Shown: piece by piece, positions 14,489 to 32,629 of the stretch | Layout: each line of letters opens with the position of its first letter | How positions within the stretch are numbered: the stretch's first letter is position 1 | NCBI GenBank assembly: GCA_964016885.1 | Contig: OZ024746.1 | Location: 1,612,001-1,676,000, forward strand | Direction: 5' to 3' | DNA: 64,000 bases | Origin: Eledone cirrhosa | Lineage: Eukaryota | The notes under the pieces: generated by a model | Told to the model about the DNA's origin: nothing | Databases searched by the model: none | What the model saw: only the letters and a program-made list of their open reading frames with translations | Position numbers and translations under genes: made by a program

Positions 14489-17400
14489 TATATATATATA
14501 AGAGATACCACACACAATATATATATATATTAGATACCACACACAATATATATATATATTAGATACCACACACAATATATATATATATTAGATACCACAC
14601 ACAATATATATATATATTAGATACCACACACAATATATATATATATTAGATACCACACACAATATATATATGTATAAGAGATACCACACACAATATATAT
14701 ATGTATAAGAGATACCACACACAATATATATAAGAGATACCACACACAATATATATATATAAGAGATACCACACACAATATATATATATAAGAGATACCA
14801 CACACAATATATATATATATAAGAGATACCACACACAATATATATAAGAGATACCACACACAATATATATAAGAGATACCACACACAATATATATATATA
14901 AGAGATACCACACACAATATATATAAGAGATACCACACACAATATATATATGAGATACCACACACAATATATATATGAGATACCACACACAATATATATA
15001 TGAGATACCACACACAATATATATATGAGATACCACACACAATATATATATGAGATACCACACACAATATATATATGAGATACCACACACAATATATATA
15101 TGAGATACCACACACAATATATATATATAAGAGATATCACACACAATATAAATATATGAGATACCACACACAATATATATATATAAGAGATACCATACAC
15201 AATATATATATGAGATACCACACACAATATATATATATATAAGAGATACCACACACAATATATATATATATATAAGAGATACCACACACAATATATATAT
15301 ATATAAGAGATACCACACACAATATATATATATATAAGAGATACCACACACAATATATATATATATGAGATACCACACACAATATATATATATATGAGAT
15401 ACCACACACAATATATATATATATAAGAGATACCACACAATATATATATATGAGATACCACACACAATATATATATGAGATACCACACACAATATATATA
15501 TATATAAGAGATACCACACACAATATATATAAAAGATACCACACACAATATATATAAAAGATACCACACACAATATATATAAAAGATACCACACACAATA
15601 TATATATAAGAGATACCACACACAATATATATATAAGAGATATCACACACAATATATATATAAGAGATATCACACACAATATATATAAAAGATATCACAC
15701 ACAATATATATAAAAGATACCACACACAATATATATAAAAGATACCACACACAATATATATAAAAGATACCACACACAATATATATAAAAGATACCACAC
15801 ACAATATATATATAAGAGATACCACACACAATATATATATAAGAGATATCACACACAATATATATAAGAGATACCACACAATATATATAAAAGATACCAC
15901 ACACAATATATATAAGAGATACCACACACAATATATATAAGAGATACCACACACAATATATATATAAGAGATATCACACACAATATATATATAAAAGATA
16001 TCACACACAATATATATAAAAGATACCACACACAATATATATAAAAGATACCACACACAATATATATAAAAGATACCACACACAATATATATAAAAGATA
16101 CCACACACAATATATATAAAAGATACCACACACAATATATATAAAAGATACCACACACAATATATATAAAAGATACCACACACAATATATATAAGAGATA
16201 CCACACACAATATATATAAGAGATACCACACACAATATATATAAGAGATACCACACACAATATATATAAGAGATACCACACACAATATATATATATAAGA
16301 GATACCACACACAATATATATATATAAGAGATACCACACACAATATATATATATGAGATACCATACACAATATATATGAGATACCACACACAATATATAT
16401 ATATATAAGAGATATCACACAATATATATATATGAGAGATACCATACACAATATATATATATGAGAGATACCATACATAATATATATATATAAGAGATAC
16501 CATACATAATATATATATATAAGAGATACCACACACAATATATATATATAAGAGATACCATACACAATATATATATAAGAAATATCACACACAATATATA
16601 TATATATGAGATACCACACACAATATATATATATAAGAGATACCACACACAATATATATATATAAGAGATACCACACACAATATATATATATAAGAGATA
16701 CCACACACAATATATATATAAGAGATACCACACACAATATATATATATAAGATACCACACACAATATATATATATGAGATACCACACACAATATATATAT
16801 GTATAAGAGATACCACACACAATATATATATATAAGAGATACCACACACAATATATATATATAAGAGATACCACACACAATATATATATAAGAGATACCA
16901 CACACAATATATATATAAGAGATACCACACACAATATATATATAAGAGATACCACACACAATATATATATAAGAGATATCACACACAATATATATAAGAG
17001 ATATCACACACAATATATATAAGAGATATCACACACAATATATATAAGAGATATCACACACAATATATATATGAGATATCACACACAATATATATATATG
17101 AGATACCACACACAATATATATATATGAGATACCACACACAATATATATATATAAGAGATACCATACACAATATATTTATGAGATATCACACACAATATA
17201 TTTATGAGATATCACACACAATATATATATAAGATACCACACACAATATATATATAAGATACCACACACAATATATATATAAGATACCACACACAATATA
17301 TATATAAGATACCACACACAATATATATATAAGATACCACACACAATATATATATAAGATACCACACACAATATATATATATATATATAAGAGATACCAC

Positions 17401-18631
17401 ACACAATATATATATGTATAACAGATACCACACACAATATATATATGTATAACAGATACCACACACAATATATATATAAGAGATACCACACACAATATAT
17501 ATATATAAGAGATACCACACACAATATATATATAAGAGATATCACACACAATATATATATAAGAGATATCACACACAATATATATATGAGATACCACACA
17601 CAATATATATATAAGAGATATCACACACAATATATATAAGAGATATCACACAATATATATATAAGAGATATCACACAATATATATATATATATATGAGAT
17701 ACCTCACACAATATATATATATAAGAGATATCACACACAATATATAAGAGATACCACACACAATATATATATATAAGAGATATCACACACAATATATATA
17801 AGAGATATCACACACAATATATATATATATGAGATACCACACACAATATATATATATATAAGAGATACCACACACAATATATATAAGAGATACCACACAC
17901 AATATATATATATGAGAGATACCACACACAATATATATATATGAGAGATACCACACACAATATATATATATATAAGAGATATCACACACAATATATATAT
18001 ATGAGATACCACACACAATATATATATATAAGAGATACCACACACAATATATATATATGAGATATCACACACAATATATATATATGAGAGATACCACACA
18101 CAATATATATATATGAGATACCACACACAATATATATATATAAGACATACCACACACAATATATATATAAGAGATACCACACACAATATATATATATGAG
18201 ATACCACACACAATATATATATATGAGATATCATACACAATATATATATGTATAAGAGATACCACACACAATATATATATATAAGAGATACCACACACAA
18301 TATATATATGATACCACACACAATATATATATAAGAGATACCACACACAATATATATATAAGAGATATCACACACAATATATATATATGAGATATCACAC
18401 ACAATATATATATATGAGATACCACACACAATATATATATATAAGAGATACCATACACAATATATTTATGAGATATCACACACAATATATATATAAGATA
18501 CCACACACAATATATATATAAGATACCACACACAATATATATATAAGATACCACACACAATATATATATAAGATACCACACACAATATATATATAAGATA
18601 CCACACACAATATATATATAAGATACCACAC

Positions 18632-19051
<420 letters not shown>

Positions 19052-21060
19052 AGATACCACACACAATATATATATATATATATAAGAGATACCACACACA
19101 ATATATATATGTATAACAGATACCGCACACAATATATATATAAGAGATACCACACACAATATATATATATAAGAGATACCACACACAATATATATATAAG
19201 AGATATCACACACAATATATATATGAGATACCACACACAATATATATATGAGATACCACACACAATATATATATAAGAGATATCACACACAATATATATA
19301 AGAGATATCACACAATATATATAAGAGATATCACACAATATATATAAGAGATATCACACAATATATATAAGAGATATCACACAATATATATATATATATG
19401 AGATACCTCACACAATATATATATGTATAACAGATACCACACACAATATATATATAAGAGATACCACACACAATATATATATATAAGAGATACCACACAC
19501 AATATATATATAAGAGATATCACACACAATATATATATGAGATACCACACACAATATATATATAAGAGATATCACACACAATATATAAGAGATACCACAC
19601 ACAATATATATATATAAGAGATATCACACACAATATATATATATATATAAGAGATATCACACACAATATATATATATATAAGAGATACCACACACAATAT
19701 ATATATAAGAGATACCACACACAATATATATATAAGAGATACCACACACAATATATATATATGAGAGATACCACACACAATATATATATATATGAGAGAT
19801 ACCACACACAATATATATATATATAAGAGATATCACACACAATATATATATATGAGATACCACACACAATATATATATATATATGAGAGATACCACACAC
19901 AATATATATATATATGAGATACCACACACAATATATATATATGAGATACCACACACAATATATATATATAAGAGATACCAAACACAATATATATATATAT
20001 ATGAGATATCACACACAATATATATATAAGAGATACCACACATAATATATATATAAGAGATACCACACAATATATATATATAAGAGATACCACACACAAT
20101 ATATATATATGAGATACCACACACAATATATATATATATATATGAGATACCACACACAATATATATATATATGAGATACCACACACAATATATAAATAAG
20201 AGATACCACACACAATATATATATATATGAGATACCACACACAATATATATATATAAGAGATACCACACACAATATATATATATATATGAGATATCACAC
20301 ACAATATATATATATAAGAGATACCACACACAATATATATATGAGATACCACACACAATATATATATATAAGAGATACCACACACAATATATATATATAA
20401 GAGATACCACACACAATATATATATATAAGAGATACCACACACAATATATATATATATATATGAGATATCACACACAATATATATATATAAGAGATACCA
20501 CACACAATATATATATATGAGATACCACACACAATATATATATATATAAGAGATACCACACACAATATATATATATGAGATACCACACACAATATATATA
20601 TATAAGAGATACCACACACAATATATATATATAAGAGATACCACACACAATATATATATATAAGAGATACCACACACAATATATATATATATGAGATACC
20701 ACACACAATATATATATAAGAGATATCACACACAATATATATATATAAGAGATACCACACACAATATATATATATATATATATAAGAGATACCACACACA
20801 ATATATATATATAAGAGATACCACACACAATATATATATATATGAGATACCACACACAATATATATATAAGAGATATCACACACAATATATATATATAAG
20901 AGATACCACACACAATATATATATATATATAAGAGATATCACACACAATATATATATATAAGAGATACCACACACAATATATATATATAAGAGATACCAC
21001 ACACAATATATATATATAAGAGATACCACACACAATATATATATATAAGAGATACCACAC

Positions 21061-21098
<38 letters not shown>

Positions 21099-21764
21099 AG
21101 ATATCACACACAATATATATATATAAGAGATATCACACACAATATATATATATAAGAGATATCACACACAATATATATATAAGAGATACCATACACAAGA
21201 TATTTAATTCGAAACTCTACCAACTCAGTCTTACCCTTACTATTATAATAATATTGATAATTTCCCTGCAAATATTGTGAAGTATCATTTGATGGAATAG
21301 GGCGTGTATCATGTTTATGTAGGGTTCAGGTAGCTGTCGTGTAGATGATGATAAAAGAACTGTTCGTCTTACAAGCACATATCTTCAAGAGGTTTTCTCC
21401 CACTACACTCAATGACTGCTCATAGTTATTACAGCTACTGTACACCACTCCAATGTTTACTTCATATACCTCCGTCCCCCTCCGACAACAGGAAGACAAT
21501 ACAACCTACTACTCTAATTTATCGAACATAGTTGCAATTCTTCATATTTTCCTCTACCTTAATACTGTTGGTGGCGAGAGGAAAAAGAACGAGACCATCT
21601 CACCGTATATTTTACATTAATAAATTTACAGAGGAAATAGTCCACAGATTGATAAATTAATTTATTATTAATTTCTTTCTAGTTTCACGGAAAATAATCA
21701 CTTTTCTTTTCTTCTTTATCTTCTTCTATTTGTCACCTAAATACATCACAAGTGTTCGATACAT

Positions 21765-21980
21765 AATTCCACCAATCACTTATCGTGTTTTCCAATTAGC
21801 TAATCAGGAGCATCAGTGAGGTGGATCTCCAGAAAAACGGTGCTCGACTTTACAACAGCACGCCGTCTCGGGTTGATATCGTCAGCTTCTCAATACAATA
21901 ACTTGTGACACCACACTTGGGAGCTTCAGGATATATTTCTATATAAAATACAAGTGGAAAAGTAAAAACAACAAACAAAC
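21765..21980 (+). promoter_or_regulatory. Putative alpha-tubulin promoter and 5' UTR
   Basis: CCAAT at 21772 and 21792, local CpG-containing stretch, TATAAAA at 21942; transcription start not determinable. Confidence 0.45.
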
Positions 21981-21983
21981 ATG
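21981..21983 (+). CDS. TUBA: Alpha-tubulin coding exon 1 (ATG only)
   Basis: aaacATG|gtaagt; an intron right after the start codon is the conserved metazoan alpha-tubulin arrangement; exon 2 begins with R2. Confidence 0.85.
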
Positions 21984-22070
21984 GTAAGTTCAGTTCTTAA
22001 TTATTTGTTCCTCTAATTATTATTATTGGTCAATAAAGAAGGAATAATTATTAGCATTATTTGACATTAC

Positions 22071-22391
22071 TTTACGTTCTGAGTTCAAATCCCGCCGAGG
22101 TTAGCTTTGCCTTTCATCCTTAAAGGGTCGATAAAATAAAGTACCAGTAACGTACTGGGGTCGATTTAATTGACTTTCCCCTCTCCCAAAATTGCTGGCC
22201 TTGTCCCAAATGCAGAAACTAATATTATTATTATTAACATTCCAATTCAACCATTATTATTAACCATACGATCTGAGTTCAAATCTCGTCGAGGTTAACT
22301 TTGCCTTTCATCCTTACGGGGGTCGATAAAATAAAGTACCAGTAATACACTGAGTAATTGCTGGCCTTGTGCCAAAAGTAGAAACAATTAT
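22071..22391 (+). mobile_element. Two tandem partial tRNA-derived SINEs
   Basis: B-box gagttcaaatccc, core gcctttcatcc..gggtcgataaaataaagtaccag, tail ctggccttgtgccaaa; further copies at 28065-28200 (-), 31350-31480 (-) and 51330-51470 (+). Confidence 0.8.
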
Positions 22392-23047
22392 TAACCATAC
22401 AGTTATTACTAATCATACAGTTATAATAATCCATTGATTCTTTCCTTTTAACTAAATATCAAATTATTTTTATTTTTATCCTAGAATAATTTGAGTATTT
22501 TGAAATAAAATAATTGTATCTACAAAATAAAAGTATTTTACCAAAAAGACAGCAACTTCTTTCTAACAGAACTTTAAATTCTCTCTTTTTCTTAGACGAA
22601 AAATTTTCCCTAAATAAATAAAAACTTCTCAGTAAAAGTATGTTTTTAAAATATTAAATTTCATGTCTATATTAGAGGAATGTCATCTTTCTATAAGACA
22701 TCTGTGAACTATTGACAACTGTCATGCCATAGGAGGGTAGTCGGATTAATAGAACACCTGTTTCCTTTGAATTCTTTAGGTATTGCTAAAATAACAGGTA
22801 CAATTAAACCCACTACAATCCTCAGTGTGTCCTAAATTTAAGGTTTCTTCTTTAAAAAATTCTTTTTTCGTTTTGCCTTGTTTTCGTTCGTCTTATATAT
22901 AGGAAAAGGGTCAGGACCCCGACGGCTGAGCTCCGGCCGTTTCGACAGCTAGTTCTGAACATTTTCCTATTACCCACTCTACTACCCAAAGTATCGAGTA
23001 CTCTGGTACGTTATGGTCCACCTGGTTTCTTACCACACTTCCTTCGT

Positions 23048-23217
<170 letters not shown>

Positions 23218-23340
23218 ACACTTTACGGATGCTCAGATAGAAGGCCAGAGACATGTCCCCTCGGGATCAAAAGTACAACTCACCAGTGATGATATATGAA
23301 GCAGAAATGACCTCCCCAACCAGAACTACCATATATATAT

Positions 23341-23396
23341 ATGGCATTCCTGATGATTTCATACGAACGAAACAGTTCCAGTCCTGTTGAAGCCAT
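23341..23396 (+). ncRNA. Type I hammerhead ribozyme motif (family A) in tubulin intron 1
   Basis: Stem I atggc(a)ttc/gaagccat; CTGATGA 23350-23356; stem II ttc-atac-gaa with U-C at its base; GAAA 23369-23372; stem III cag/ctg; GUU triplet. Homologous to 70-120. Confidence 0.75.
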
Positions 23397-23480
23397 TTCT
23401 ATATTAAGTTTCGTTGTATCCACTCTACTAATGTATTGAGTACCTTTTTTTTTTTCAAATTGTAGTTACCCCCGATTTTA

Positions 23481-23516
<36 letters not shown>

Positions 23517-23564
23517 ACACACACACGTTTGCCCTACATTCTACTGGTAATCAGGATATTTTAA

Positions 23565-23798
<234 letters not shown>

Positions 23799-24231
23799 TA
23801 GAACATTTATTTTTTAAAACATTTCTCTCCTGGTGTAGTTGTAACCCTATATTTTAATATTCTATCTAATCTGTTTATATTTCAGCAAAGTGCTACTCAT
23901 ACTTTTTGGCGTCTCTTTTCGGGGACTCCCTGCTCCCAAATAACGGAGGAGGGGTGAAATAAGCGAGGTTAGGGGTTGAGAATCGGTTATTTTTCTAGGT
24001 TGTCTATTTTCCTAGGTGTTTAACCCAAAATTAGCCATTTAGTTTACATATTGAGACCCCAACCCATCCTATTTATTTTATAATATATAGGATTTCTTGT
24101 AATGTTTCGAGAATATAAAATTAAATGAATGTTTTACGTTTAAATCAAAGCCCAAAAAGGCAGTTCTAGCTTTTGTTTTAACGTTGGAATCCTGCTAAAT
24201 ACTTATCACATATTTTATACTATTCAATAAC

Positions 24232-24577
24232 ACATCTCACACTATCACAATACTACTAAATACTAGGATTACTATCACAATACTACTAAATACTAGGATT
24301 ACTATCACAATACTACTAAATACTAGGATTACTATCACACATCTCACACTATCACAATACTACTAAATACTAGGATTACTATCACAATACTACTAAATAC
24401 TAGGATTACTATCACACATCTCACACTATCACAATACTACTAAATACTAGGATTACTATCACAATACTACTAAATACTAGGATTACTATCACAATACTAC
24501 TAAATACTAGGATTACTATCACAATACTACTAAATACCAGGATTACTATCACACATCTCACACTATCACAATACTAC
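24232..24577. repeat. 30-bp minisatellite with recurring insert
   Basis: actatcacaatactactaaatactaggatt repeated. Confidence 0.9.
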
Positions 24578-24901
24578 AGTTGGATTTCTCTCAGCTCATA
24601 GTTCCACCGTTTTAATCCTGTTCTCCAACACTTTGCTCTTTCCTGCAACTAATCGAATAATTTATGTTAATTTTACTTGCAATAGCAACATGTCTAGCTT
24701 ACAACTGGGAGGAGAAAACAATTCTGTTTCTAACAGTTATAAAATAGTTTTGTGAATCAACTTGACGTCCAACATTTCTACCAGAATCTATCAATGATGT
24801 GGTTTAAATCTATGTATTTCCTTGTGATGTCCCTTTTAAATAGAAACCTAAGTTGTGCTTCTTAAACCATATCCTGTCGACTGTCACATTTTGCTTTTAT
24901 T

Positions 24902-25222
24902 TACTCTCGGGTCCCAAATAACGGGGGGAGGGAGGAATAATCGGGGGTGTTGGAAAATCAGTAATTTTTCTAGGTTTCTCCGTATTTTAAACCCAGAATT
25001 AGTTTAGTTTACATAATGAGACCCCAACCCATCCTATTTATTTTATAACATATGGGATTTCTAGTAATGTACTTCTTTGTCATGTATAATGTTTTTTAAT
25101 GTCTAAAGAAGATTAATTGTCGCAGGAATGTGGGGTGGGGTCGGAATAAGAGCAGGGGGTGGTGTGGAAAAATCTGAAAAATTGATAAGTGGAGGAGGGG
25201 ACGATTATTCGAGATCACCTAC
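24902..25222. mobile_element. MITE-like element (related copies at 23915-24130 and, inverted, at 33247-33621)
   Basis: Shared internal sequence gagaccccaacccatcctatttattt; degenerate termini tactctcgggtcccaaataa / ttgttcgggacccggtagta. Confidence 0.6.
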
Positions 25223-25467
25223 TATCTTCTCTCATGCTCCCTATAAATTCTTTCTTGTACCTAAGAAAAATAATCAATATTCTTCTGAGGAAAATAGGGA
25301 GTTACATGTCTAGTTGTTAGCTGCAATTCTAGACCACGTTCGTTTGTGTGTTTGTGGGGTGGAGGAGGGGGGGGGGGGAGGTCTGCAGTTTATTCTATTA
25401 AAGACTCCTTACATTTTAAAATGTGATATTAAGGTTTAAAAGCTGTATAGTAAGTACTATAGAGAGG

Positions 25468-25805
25468 GTGCTTGGTTGTTTCAGCGCCTTAGCCTCGCCA
25501 TCACCTGGCCTTTCCGAGGTATCAGGTGATGCCCGCGATAGTGCTTGGTTGTTTCAGCGCCTTAGCCTCGCCATCACCTGGCCTTTCCGAGGTACCAGGT
25601 GATGCCCGCGATAGTGCTTGGTTGTTTCATCACCTGCGGTAATGGTGCCTGTGTGTTGGCTTGCCTCAAACATTTCCATTGACCCCTGTGGTGTGTGTGA
25701 CCTAATGTCACACTTGGCGGTGTTGACCCCTGTGGTGTGTGACCTAATGTCACACTTGGCGGTGTTGACCCCTGTGGTGTATGTGACCTAATGTCACACT
25801 TGGTG
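25468..25805. repeat. Two short tandem repeats (65-bp x ~2.4; ~42-bp x 3)
   Basis: Read directly. Confidence 0.85.
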
Positions 25806-25940
25806 TTGAAGTTGAGCCTTCTTTCCTTTCATCTCTCACCATATATTTTTTATTTGTGAGGTTCTTAGCAATAATTCTATTCATTGTGTTTATATTTTCA
25901 TTCTGTAAGAATTATAAACAGTTTGAATGTTATTTCTATA

Positions 25941-26255
25941 AACACTATCCTTACTATGTTAGGCAACACTATCCTTACTATGTTAGGCAACACTATCCTT
26001 ACTATGTTAGGCAACACTATCCTTACTATGTTAGGCAACACTATCCTTACTATGTTAGGCAACACTATCCTTACTATGTTTGGCAGCACTATCCTTACTA
26101 TGTTAGGCAACACTATCCTTACTATGTTAGGCAGCACTGTCCTTACTATGTTAGGCAACACTATCCTTACTATGTTAGGCAACACTATCCTTACTATGTT
26201 AGGCAGCACTGTCCTTACTATGTTAGGCAACACTATCCTTACTATGTTAGGCAGC
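25941..26255. repeat. 24-bp minisatellite aacactatccttactatgttaggc, ~13 copies
   Basis: Read directly. Confidence 0.95.
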
Positions 26256-26383
26256 AGCCAGCCGAAGTTTCATGAGACAATGTAACAGCTTACAAGCACC
26301 TGTCATAAATTTGTCTTCATTAGCAAGACAATACTCTTGTTTCCAAATGTCATGCTGGCCTTTACTTAGTCTCCTGACTAATC

Positions 26384-27915
26384 CACACTACTATACATTA
26401 CTATACACTACACTACAGTACAATACACTACAGTACAGTACACTACAGTACAGTACAGTACACTACAGTACAGTACACTACGCTACACTACACTACAGTA
26501 CAGTACAGTACAGTACACTACAGTACAGTACACTACAGTACACTACAATACACTACAATACACTACAGTACACTACTATAGACTACATTACTATACACTA
26601 CACTACAGTATACTACTATACACTACATTACTATACACTACACTACAGTATACTACAATACACTACACTACGTTACACTACAGTACACTACAATACAGTA
26701 CAGTATACTACAGTACACTACACTACAGTACACTACTATACACTACACTACACTACACTACACTACAGTACAGTACACTACTATACACTACAGTACACTA
26801 CTATACACTACATTACTATACACTACACTACAGTATACTACAATACACTACACTACGTTACACTACACTACAGTACACTACAATACAGTACAGTATACTA
26901 CAGTACAGTACACTACAGTACACTACACTACACTACAGTACAGTACACTACTATACACTACTATACACTACATTACTATACACTACACTACAGTATACTA
27001 CAATACACTACGTTACACTACACTACAGTACACTACAATACAGTACAGTATACTACAGTACACTACACTACAGTACACTACTATACACTACACTACACTA
27101 CACTACACTACAGTACAGTACACTACTATACACTACAATACACTACAGTACAGTATACTACACTACAATACAGTACACTATAGTACAGTACACTACAGTA
27201 CACTACACTACAGTACACTATAATACACTACAGTACAGTACAATACACTACAGTACAGTACAGTACAGTACACTACAGTACAGTACAATACACTACAGTA
27301 CACTATAATACACTACAGTACAGTACAATACACTACAGTACAGTACACTACAGTACACTATAATACACTACAGTACAGTACAATACAGTACAGTACAGTA
27401 TACTACACTACACTACAGTGCACTACAATACACTACAGTACAATACACTACAGTACAGTACAATACAGTACAATACAGTACAGTACAATACACTACACTA
27501 CAGTACAGTACAATACACTACACTACACTACAGTATACTACACTACACTACAGTACACTATAATACACTACAGTACAGTACAATACACTACAGTACAGTA
27601 TACTACACTACAATACAGTACACTATAATACACTACAGTACAATACAGTACAGTACAGTACAGTACAGTACACTACAGTACAATACACTACAGTACAATA
27701 CACTACAGTACAATACACTACAGTACAGTACACTACACTATAGTACACTACAATACAGTACACTACACTACACTACACTACAGTAAAATACAGTACAGTA
27801 CACTACTATACAGTACAATACAGTACACTACACTACAGTATACTATAATACACTACAGTACACTACACTACAGTACACTACAATACACTACACTACAATA
27901 CACTACAGTACAGTA
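26384..27915. repeat. Pentamer satellite (TACAC/TACAG/TACAA)n
   Basis: Read directly. Confidence 0.95.
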
Positions 27916-28064
27916 TAATTATCGGTTTTATTATTAAAAATTTTCATTTTCTGAAGTTCAAAGTTGTATAAATAACATTACATGTTGTTTATAGTTCTAT
28001 AAATAACATTACATATTGTTTATAGTTCTATAAATAACATTACATATTGTTTATAGTTCTATAA

Positions 28065-28200
28065 ATAACTGTTTCTACTTTTGGCACAGGGCCAGCAATT
28101 ATCCAGTACATTACTGGTACTTTATTTTATCGACCCCGTAAGGATGAAAGGCAAAGTCAACCTCGGCGGGATTTGAACTCAGATCGTAAAGAGACGTAAC
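28065..28200 (-). mobile_element. SINE copy inverted relative to 22071-22391
   Basis: ctggtactttattttatcgaccccgtaaggatgaaaggcaaag...gatttgaactcaga. Confidence 0.8.
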
Positions 28201-29577
28201 TATGCTGGAATTATAGTTCTTACAGATTGAAAATATAACACAAATATAAACATAATAGAATTATTGCTAGGAACCTCACAAATATAATGTACTAAAATAT
28301 ATGGTCTGAAATATTAAGTGGGGGATATTTTTCGAAAGCTGAGAGTATTCTAAAGAAGCAAAGCAGTGTACATTAAACGACGGAATATTCAATCATCTCA
28401 TAATTCTTGTCATATTATTTGATTCGTCTATATCAGCAGTTCCGAAATAGTGTGCCGCGAAAATATATTTAAAATGTAAAAATTAGAATATCAAATCTAA
28501 AGTCATAATAATTGTTTCATTTATTTCTCTCTACACACACACAATCTCACGCGCACTATCTCTCTCTCAAAAGAATTTTAATTTTCTATAAAATAAAATT
28601 GTGAGGTGGGAGCTACGGATTTCGATATTTCGAGATGAAATTGTCAGTGTGTTGAGGTTTATTACAAAATACTTGACACTTAAATCTGTAACAGAGATAA
28701 ATGGCTATGAAGAAGCAGGAACACTCTAAGAGTTTCGTTAGCAGCAGTGGTAGGTTCGAATATTTTCCATTGATTGCTGAAGAGGAATCCAGTAATAGCA
28801 GCAGACGTAATAGAATGGAAGATGTAGCGTCTGATGACTCCTAAAGTTATAATAATAATGAAATTAGTGTGTACAGTGCTCAGGTGCACTACAACATATA
28901 GGCAGAAAACCAGTCTTATAATTGAAGGAAAGCTGAAATAAAATGTTGTATCTTATTAGGAACTTTGCCTGGTCATTTATACAACAATTCTAATAGTTAA
29001 ATATTTTATAAGAATTTATTTCAATCTTAACATTTAAGAAAACCGTTTGCTTTAACAGGATTTGTAAATTTTAGAGCTTTTTTCTTTCTTTTGTAAATAA
29101 TTTAAGTTTCCATAGTTAATTATATAAATAATGGAAACAACGGGGGGGGGGGGGGTGAAGAGCAGATCTGGCTGTATAGGAAAGGAGAGGACAATAAATG
29201 ACATAAAAGAAACGGAGGGGAAGAGCAAGGACTATTAGGCCACGGAAGAGAGAGGGAAGGGGAGAGGTTGACGGACTCTACACCGGTTGAGACGGTCTTT
29301 AGCCATAACTAAAACTAAATAACACGTTTGTAAACCACATTTCTAAATAAAATACACATTCAATTAATCAATGAAGAATTTGTTTAAATTATTTAATTAC
29401 TAAGATAGAAACTTAACCAAATAGCGAAGCTGGTGCAGTAATGTACCAGCTTCAGCATTTGGTAATCAGAAGAAGGGAGGTAAGTGTAAAAGCCAAACTC
29501 ATTATCCTCAATTCGGTATTCATACCGACCCATACCTATGGACATGAATCTTGGGTAATGACAGAATACAATCGTGA

Positions 29578-30786
<1,209 letters not shown>

Positions 30787-30910
30787 ATTATAAAAGAATT
30801 ATAAACCCCAAACAATCAAATATTTTGTAATTATATTGTATATTTTAACTAATCTTTGTTCATATCTTTGAATGTAATTTATGAAGTGATAAAATATTGA
30901 TCAGGATGTT

Positions 30911-30916
30911 AATAAA
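30911..30916 (+). terminator. Polyadenylation signal of alpha-tubulin
   Basis: AATAAA 125 nt after the stop, followed by a GT/T-rich stretch (ttttgtgtctt). Confidence 0.7.
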
Positions 30917-31910
30917 GAAAACATTCTCAATTCCATAGATTTTGTGTCTTGAAATTTATAAAATCTGAGAAAAATTCTATATTATAAGCCTAACCCTAAC
31001 CCTATCATTTTCATATATATGAAATACCCTGTATTTGAATCAATTAATTTGGAGGGTTAGGGTTGTTCAGCTAGAGAATGGGTCACTGTAGATAACGCCA
31101 CCAGATATGGTGGTTTGTTGCGATATGGGCAGTTACAATATAAGCAACACCGGACCAGCAGCAGTAAACTACTTGGAGAGATTGAGCAATGGATGACACC
31201 TGTAGCTCCCAACAAAACTCTCACGACCCAGTGATATAGCTATGATGAGGTATGTGAAGTTTCTAGGTGGAGCACATCTCTCCAGGTCTGAATACAGCAT
31301 ATTTCTCCCAGAGAAGGATAGAGAGAGACAGAGATAGAGGAAGGATTGACCCTGGTATTTGACTGGTACTTTTGTTTATCAACCTGGAAAGGATGAAAGG
31401 CAAAGTTGGCCTCGGCAGAATTTGAAGTGAGAGAACAAACAAATACCACAAAGTATTCTATCCAACGTTCTAATGACCCTGCCCATCATTAAGATGGTAC
31501 TCGTTATATAATTAAGGTCTTTATTAATTATGCACAGTTACGACCATTTCACAGATGGCTGGCTCAGGATCCATGTTAATGCTATAGACCCGACCCCACC
31601 CTCAACTATTCAGACTTGTGAAGTAAAACCAAAATCTTGGTGCCTTCCTCAGTAAACCAATAATCTACTGAACCAGCATTGGAGATTTAAGAGTCAGTAT
31701 TGCAGCATATGTACAAACTTTATTGGTATATTATAATTGTTTCTATATCGATCAGCTTAGGGTACAATCAAGATGACGGGACTCAACTCTTTTCGTCATC
31801 TCAGCAGATATGCGAGTTTCACATCTAAACCACTATATATATATATATATATATATATTTATGTATAAACACATATACATATGTATATACACGCACGCAT
31901 GCATGCATGC

Positions 31911-31943
<33 letters not shown>

Positions 31944-32113
31944 ATCTATAGAGAGAGAGATACTTGTGAAGTTTCTTTATTTTAAAGTAGTTTACTAGGA
32001 TCTTCCCCATCAGAGGATTATTTAAGATATTTCTATATTCATATTTATAAGCTTCTCTAAATTATATTCAGTGATATTATTGAGATGTAAAGTATATTAC
32101 TGACAAATGTATT

Positions 32114-32147
<34 letters not shown>

Positions 32148-32461
32148 CACACATACACATATACACATATACACACACACACACACACACTGGATGTGTT
32201 GAGCTGCAAGTGTGCAGTAGTGTTGAGGCCTGAATCCATGTTAACAGTTCTGGGGACTGAGACGGCGCCATTCTTTGGTTGTTTCACACTATACGAGACT
32301 CCCACGTAATATACAAGACACTCGTCTAAACGATTTTACTGATAAACTCTCATTGATAATCTCCAGGATTGTAAACTTGTCGATATTTGGATGAAATGTG
32401 TAGCTTCTTTCCTCCTCCTCCTATAATTGTAATAAGATAGACAGACATATAGGTGTATATA

Positions 32462-32531
<70 letters not shown>

Positions 32532-32629
32532 GGTAGGTAGATAGATTTATGGAGGGATAGACAGATAGTTAGGTATATATATATATATATATTATAGCCT
32601 ATATATATATATATATATATATATACGCA

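Noticed and set aside
22917-22943. Minus-strand hammerhead 3' half (GAAA cggc..gccg TC gggg)
   Set aside because: No CUGANGA half or matching stem I found nearby; at most a truncated remnant.
30988-31065. Facing (CCCTAA)2 and (TTAGGG)-like telomeric units
   Set aside because: Only about two units each; too short to call an interstitial telomere or fusion site.
31520-31655. Minus-strand CTGAGGA ... GAAA tggtcg TA ... AATAAA
   Set aside because: Stems I and II cannot be formed between the halves.
32290-32421. Possible minus-strand terminal exon (EEERSYTFHPNIDKF...)
   Set aside because: Short, with no recognisable homology and no supporting upstream exons.
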